Origin: Methanobacterium sp.
GTDB taxonomy: Archaea > Methanobacteriota > Methanobacteria > Methanobacteriales > Methanobacteriaceae
Length of the DNA: 12,738 bases
Assembly: GCA_003166335.1 (NCBI GenBank)
Contig: PMWA01000118.1
Location: 1 to 12,738, forward strand
Direction: 5' to 3'
A model generated the notes under the pieces. It ran no database searches. It saw only the letters and a program-made list of their open reading frames with translations, and had not been told where the DNA came from. A program made the position numbers and the translations under genes. This document shows, piece by piece, positions 8,057 through 12,738 of this stretch (positions are counted from its first letter, which is position 1; the number at the start of each line of letters is the position of its first letter).

Positions 8057-9421
8057 ATGATAAAAGGAATAGCAGAAATCTTTAAAAGTGATCTTAAAGC
8101 CATTATAAACAATCCCATTGTAATAGTAGCTTTAATTATAATAGTTTGCTTACCATCACTATATTCACTAATTAATATTCAAGCAATATGGAATCCCTAC
8201 AATAACACTTCTAATATGAAAATCGCCATAGTTGATAATGATTTAGGTTACACTTTCCAAGGAGTGAATTATAATTTTGGAAAAAATTTATCCAACGAAT
8301 TAGCTGCCAATAACACTAATTTAAACTGGCAATTTGTAGATGAAAATACTGCACGATACGGAGTTAATACTGGAGAATATTATGCTGCATTCATAATTCC
8401 CAGTAATTTCACTGAAAATTTACTATCATTTGGAACATCAAATCCTAAACAAGCCCAAATAGAGTACTTAATTAATGAGAAAATGAATCCAATTATGCCA
8501 AGAATAATTAACACCACTGCACTTGAAATACAGAATCAAGTTAATTCAGCTGTAGATCAAGGAAAAATAAATCTAACCACAACTCAAGCAACAGCATTGC
8601 AAACACAACTTAGTACTATGCAAGAGCAAATTAGTGCATTGCAGGCGCAAAATAGTTCAGCAGCTAATCAGCCGAATACAAATTTAACTGCTGCTAATCC
8701 TAACTCAACAACCAGTGCAAATCCAAATGGGTTAATAACATTTTCCAGTGGGAATCAGAATGATCCAAATGTAAATCCTATGCAAATGAATGAAGAACTT
8801 ATATTTCCTGTGGATAATTACGGGTCTGCTATTGCACCATTTTACATTGCTTTATCACTATTTATAGGATCCATAGTAGCCGTGGCTATGTTAAGCACTC
8901 GAGTAAGAAAAAGTAAACAATATCACCCCGTCAGTGTTTATTTTGGAAAAATGGGATTATTTATATTAATAAGCATATTACAGGCTTTAGTAATTACATT
9001 AGTCATATTAAACCTTCATGTGCAATTATCCTCAGCAGCATTATTCACTTTCACAGCATTATATATTGGTTTATGTTTCATGATAATCACTTACTCCTTA
9101 GTATCAGTCTTTGGAAGTATAGGCAAAGCATTTGCTATCATAATACTTGTGTTACAGGTCATGACCACTGGAGGAACCTACCCCGTACAAATGTTGTCAT
9201 CATTTTACCAAAATGTATATCCCTATTTACCAATGACTTATGCCATTGATGCTCTCAGACAAGTAGTTGCAGGAGTTTTATGGAATAATTATTGGTATAA
9301 TCTTGAGATCCTGACTATATTCCCTGCTATAGTTCTTATTTTCGCTTTATTAATGAAAGAAGAAATGGATAAAAAAGCAGAACAGGCGGAACAAAATTTA
9401 AAAAAAAGTGGATTATTTTAA
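8057..9421 (+). CDS. YhgE/Pip family membrane protein (compact form)
   Basis: N-terminal IFKSDLK..LPSLY..WNPY..IAIVDND..YYAAFIIPSNF..NEKMNPI, and C-terminal FPVDNYGSAIAPFY plus multiple TM segments with GGTYP and LPMTY. ATG 8057 follows an AGGTGA RBS; the ORF track starts at 8021. Confidence 0.92.
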   Translation: MIKGIAEIFKSDLKAIINNPIVIVALIIIVCLPSLYSLINIQAIWNPYNNTSNMKIAIVDNDLGYTFQGVNYNFGKNLSNELAANNTNLNWQFVDENTARYGVNTGEYYAAFIIPSNFTENLLSFGTSNPKQAQIEYLINEKMNPIMPRIINTTALEIQNQVNSAVDQGKINLTTTQATALQTQLSTMQEQISALQAQNSSAANQPNTNLTAANPNSTTSANPNGLITFSSGNQNDPNVNPMQMNEELIFPVDNYGSAIAPFYIALSLFIGSIVAVAMLSTRVRKSKQYHPVSVYFGKMGLFILISILQALVITLVILNLHVQLSSAALFTFTALYIGLCFMIITYSLVSVFGSIGKAFAIIILVLQVMTTGGTYPVQMLSSFYQNVYPYLPMTYAIDALRQVVAGVLWNNYWYNLEILTIFPAIVLIFALLMKEEMDKKAEQAEQNLKKSGLF

Positions 9422-9608
9422 AAAAATTAAAAACATTAGGAGAACTTGAAATTAATACTATTTCAGTAATAGAACTTTGCTTTAGATTTAACTAGAATAG
9501 AAATTAATTAGTTAATAGTAAAAGGAGCCTATTTCCTCGTAAATTATTTTCTATACTTACTAAATTTTTTGCTTATTTTTGAATTTAAATCTCTCTATTC
9601 ATTCTTAG

Positions 9609-9624
9609 GTTTTTCCCGGATTTT
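9609..9624 (+). repeat. Left copy of a 16-bp inverted repeat (GTTTTTCCCGGATTTT)
   Basis: Exact reverse complement of 11994-12009. Confidence 0.7.
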
Positions 9625-9837
9625 TAATTTACCATTATTTAAATAAACATTCGTTCTTTAGTAACTAATTCTTTTTTATGTTTTCTTCATTATTTTCCAA
9701 TCTAGCACGCCTAAATAAATTTTATTTTCACAATTTTTTTTTATATAAAACTAAAAACATTGAATTGATTATAAATTAAAATTATTATATAATTATTTTT
9801 ATATCATAAAAAAAAATTATGGGGGAGCTTTAGGAAT

Positions 9838-11178
9838 ATGAATAATAAAAATATAAATTCCATTATAAATTCCATTAATTCTGCTGAGACTGAGTTCATC
9901 CGAATAATATGGTGTGATAATGCAAATATAATCAGAGCAAAAGCCGTGCATAAGGATTCTTTAGGTAATTCTAATTATAGTATAGGATTCTCTGAAGCTC
10001 AGCAAGGAGTACCCTCTATTTATGATGCAGTTGTCACAGAAACCGGACTTACACCCGTAGGAGAAGTTCAACTAAAAGCAGATCTTTCAAGTTTTACCTC
10101 TATTCCCTACTCTCCTGGCCATGGACGTGTATTCGGAGACATGATCAAAAACGGGAGAAGTTGGGATTACTGTCCACGTGGATTCCTAAAGAAAATAGTT
10201 GAACAAGCTGCGGAAATAAATGTAAACGTTAAAGGAGCATTTGAAAATGAATTTTATCTATTAAATAAAAATGATGAAGTAATCCTCCCATCAGATAATA
10301 CACCATTTGCATCAACCTATTCCATGGATATAAATAATAAAATTATCGAAGATATAGTCCAAGCACTTAATTTACAAGGATTACAAGTAGAACAATATTA
10401 TCCTGAGTCTGGACCAGGTCAGCAGGAGATAACAATCAAATATACTGATGCTCTAAATGCTTGTAATAGTCAAATCATCTTTAGAGAGACTGTGAAGGCT
10501 ATAGCCTATAAACATGATAGTGTAGCGTCATTTCTTCCAAAAATATTTGCAGATAAACCAGGAAATGGATGCCATCTACATTGTAGTTTATGGAATGATG
10601 CTGAAAACATCCTTTCAGATTCTCAAGGTGAATATGGTATTTCAGAAATAGGAAGACAATTCATAGCAGGTATTTTAAATCATCTACCAGCACTTATGGC
10701 TATAATTACTCCAATTCCTAATTCTTATAAAAGAATTAGACCCAATCTTTGGACAGGAGCGTATCAATGCTGGGGAATAGATAATAGAGAAGCTGCACTC
10801 AGAATCGTCACCGATCATAATGGAATGATTAGAGATTTTGAGTTAAAAACAGTTGATGCTTCATCTAATCCATATTTAGCATTCGGAGCTGTTATAGCCA
10901 CAGGACTTGACGGGATAAAGAAGGAAATGAAACTTCAACCACCCATACAGGAAGATCCTGCTAATATTTCAGTAGAGAAACAGAAGGAATATAAAGTCAA
11001 GCGTTTACCATCTGAATTAGATAAATCTATTATAGAACTCAAAAAAGATAAGGTGATTTTAAATGCAATGGGTGATAAGCTTTCAAAAGCTTATATTGAA
11101 ATTAAAAAAGCAGAATTAAGAGCATTAAGAAATCTTAAATTAGAGGATGAAGTTCAATTATTATTAGAAAAATATTAA
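9838..11178 (+). CDS. Glutamine synthetase family protein (GS-like, FluG/nodGS-type; probable gamma-glutamyl ligase)
   Basis: GS catalytic motifs FENEFYL, PESGPGQQE, FLPK..GNGCHLHCSLW, NSYKR, WGIDNRE and FELKTVDASSNPYL; GGGGGAG upstream. Confidence 0.9.
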   Translation: MNNKNINSIINSINSAETEFIRIIWCDNANIIRAKAVHKDSLGNSNYSIGFSEAQQGVPSIYDAVVTETGLTPVGEVQLKADLSSFTSIPYSPGHGRVFGDMIKNGRSWDYCPRGFLKKIVEQAAEINVNVKGAFENEFYLLNKNDEVILPSDNTPFASTYSMDINNKIIEDIVQALNLQGLQVEQYYPESGPGQQEITIKYTDALNACNSQIIFRETVKAIAYKHDSVASFLPKIFADKPGNGCHLHCSLWNDAENILSDSQGEYGISEIGRQFIAGILNHLPALMAIITPIPNSYKRIRPNLWTGAYQCWGIDNREAALRIVTDHNGMIRDFELKTVDASSNPYLAFGAVIATGLDGIKKEMKLQPPIQEDPANISVEKQKEYKVKRLPSELDKSIIELKKDKVILNAMGDKLSKAYIEIKKAELRALRNLKLEDEVQLLLEKY

Positions 11179-11212
11179 GGATGTTACCTATAAAAAAGGA
11201 AGAATAATTCTT

Positions 11213-11965
11213 ATGAATTTCTATGATTTACCTAAAGAAAAGCGGGAAGAACTGGTAAAGAAGATAGAAACAGACATTGAACAAAACCTAGAAAATGATG
11301 AATATAAGAATATTTATAAATACAGCTCTGATTCTGACACTTATATCCGAAAAAACGCTTATATAGCCCTTGGCAGAATTTACCAGAAACACGATGATTT
11401 AAGGGATGAAATCCTCCATTTACTAGATGAAATGATCAAGATGGAAGATGAGAAGATAAGACAAACATCAGTTTATACATTGGGTGAGATAGGAAAGATT
11501 GATGCTGCTAAAATATTAAAGATTTTCCCAAAAGCCTTGGAAGATGAAAGCAGTTCTGTAAGAAATGCAGTGATTGGTTCGCTAAAGCAAATGTGCCTAA
11601 AAAATCCAGAACCTACCCTACAGTTCGCCCGGAAATATTTACACCATCCTAACCCTGAAGTTCGAAGAGAAATGATTCACGGTATAGAACTTAGAGGAAG
11701 AACCCATCCCGAAGAAGTCATCCCTTTTTTAGTAGAACTGCAGGATGAAGAGAACCAAAAAGTTAGAAATACCATTATACACGTCCTAGGGCAAATTAGT
11801 TATAAAAAAGGTTGCTTAGAGTTAGTAATTGCAGCCTTAAAAAATTGGGAGAACCGAAAATTAGTACATGAAGCTTTAAAAGAAATTGTAGAAGTTCATA
11901 AAAGATATAAATTCGCTTATAAATCACCCCAAGAAGCTAGAAATTATATTAACGTCAATTTTTGA
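11213..11965 (+). CDS. HEAT/ARM-repeat protein
   Basis: Repeated units DSDTYIRKNAYIALG, EDEKIRQTSVYTLG, DESSSVRNAVIGSL, HPNPEVRREMIHGI and DEENQKVRNTIIHVLG; starts 34 nt after the GS-like stop. Confidence 0.88.
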   Translation: MNFYDLPKEKREELVKKIETDIEQNLENDEYKNIYKYSSDSDTYIRKNAYIALGRIYQKHDDLRDEILHLLDEMIKMEDEKIRQTSVYTLGEIGKIDAAKILKIFPKALEDESSSVRNAVIGSLKQMCLKNPEPTLQFARKYLHHPNPEVRREMIHGIELRGRTHPEEVIPFLVELQDEENQKVRNTIIHVLGQISYKKGCLELVIAALKNWENRKLVHEALKEIVEVHKRYKFAYKSPQEARNYINVNF

Positions 11966-11993
11966 AACTCATCTGCAAAGTTACAAATTTTCT

Positions 11994-12009
11994 AAAATCC
12001 GGGAAAAAC
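11994..12009 (-). repeat. Right copy of the 16-bp inverted repeat (AAAATCCGGGAAAAAC on +)
   Basis: Exact reverse complement of 9609-9624. Confidence 0.7.
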
Positions 12010-12081
12010 AAATAATTATTTTTTAAAAGAAAATAAATAAATCATTTTATCTGCTTTCCTTAGAGAAAAAAAATCAAAACT

Positions 12082-12393
12082 TTACATTTTACCTTCAAAA
12101 CCATTAATCGCAGCAGGAAGACAGTCTATCACTGAAGATAATCCAGAATGATGAAGATTCAAAACCACTGCACCCACAATTTCTTCACGAGTTGCCCCTT
12201 CCTTTTTTGCCATCATCGCATGCATCTGTACACCCCTTGCATTCCGATTCGCAGTTTGAATAGCAATATTAATCAACTGCTTAGTCTTACTATCTAATCC
12301 CCTTAAAGCCTTTTGAGCTTCAACAAGATCATTAAAACGAGCTGCCACATCTGGACATTCTTTCTGAAATAATTCATATGGATTTTCATTCAT
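12082..12393 (-). CDS. Carboxymuconolactone decarboxylase (CMD/AhpD-like) family protein
   Basis: LDSKTKQLINIAI..H...AKKEGATREEI pattern; 103 aa; GGAGAG RBS upstream. Confidence 0.88.
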   Translation of the reverse strand: MNENPYELFQKECPDVAARFNDLVEAQKALRGLDSKTKQLINIAIQTANRNARGVQMHAMMAKKEGATREEIVGAVVLNLHHSGLSSVIDCLPAAINGFEGKM

Positions 12394-12700
12394 AAATTTT
12401 ACTCTCCAATTTTTAATATTAATCTTAATTTTACAATTTATTATTTTTATAAGATAAAATATTTTAAAAAAGATTCAATCCAATCTAATGGAGTAATACT
12501 TTTAATAAAAATATTTTACAAATAAATTAGATTTTCTAAGGTGCAGTAAGAGACATAAAACAGATCTAAAAAATGAATTATTAAACATTTATTTAAATTT
12601 TAAAAGGCTCTTAACCCGCATTTATTAAATTTTTTTTATTTGATTTTTCACTTTGAAAGTAATAATTTCGTTCTTAAAAATTCCTGAAATATTTATTTGA

Positions 12701-12738
12701 CATAACAGCAAAACTACACAACAGCACAACAGCACAAC
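12701..12738 (+). repeat. Octamer tandem repeat (CACAACAG)n, running off the window end
   Basis: cataacag caaaacta cacaacag cacaacag cacaac|. Confidence 0.85.

Noticed and set aside
9524..9536. GGAG-N5-TTCC as an NrpR nitrogen operator
   Set aside because: It does not match GGAA-N6-TTCC in sequence or spacing and lies about 300 nt from the start codon.
1..12738. CRISPR array, tRNA, rRNA, transposase or integrase
   Set aside because: No repeat-spacer periodicity, cloverleaf, extended GC-rich structural RNA or DDE/tyrosine-recombinase ORF was recognised by eye.

Overview
AT-rich window that looks like a methanogenic archaeon, most likely Methanobacterium-like. This is inferred from a MetOD1-type response regulator, HisKA_2 and Cph1-type kinases, GGAGGT/GGTG ribosome-binding sites and TATA-like promoters. 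From left to right it carries: (1) a minus-strand signalling cluster of a REC-HisKA_2 kinase, a REC-MetOD1 regulator and a PAS histidine kinase that runs off the left edge and is missing from the ORF track; (2) a marR - MBL-fold hydrolase - TauE/SafE operon; (3) a ~1.45-kb gene-free region rich in palindromes; (4) a flavin reductase/flavoredoxin gene; (5) a compact YhgE/Pip membrane protein; (6) a non-canonical glutamine-synthetase-like ligase and a HEAT-repeat protein, flanked by a perfect 16-bp inverted repeat; (7) a CMD/AhpD-like protein; and (8) an octamer tandem repeat at the right edge. The most striking unexplained element is a 38-bp symmetric site at 6514-6551 with loxP/dif-like tyrosine-recombinase geometry and no recombinase in the window. 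I recognised no rRNA, tRNA, CRISPR array or transposase.
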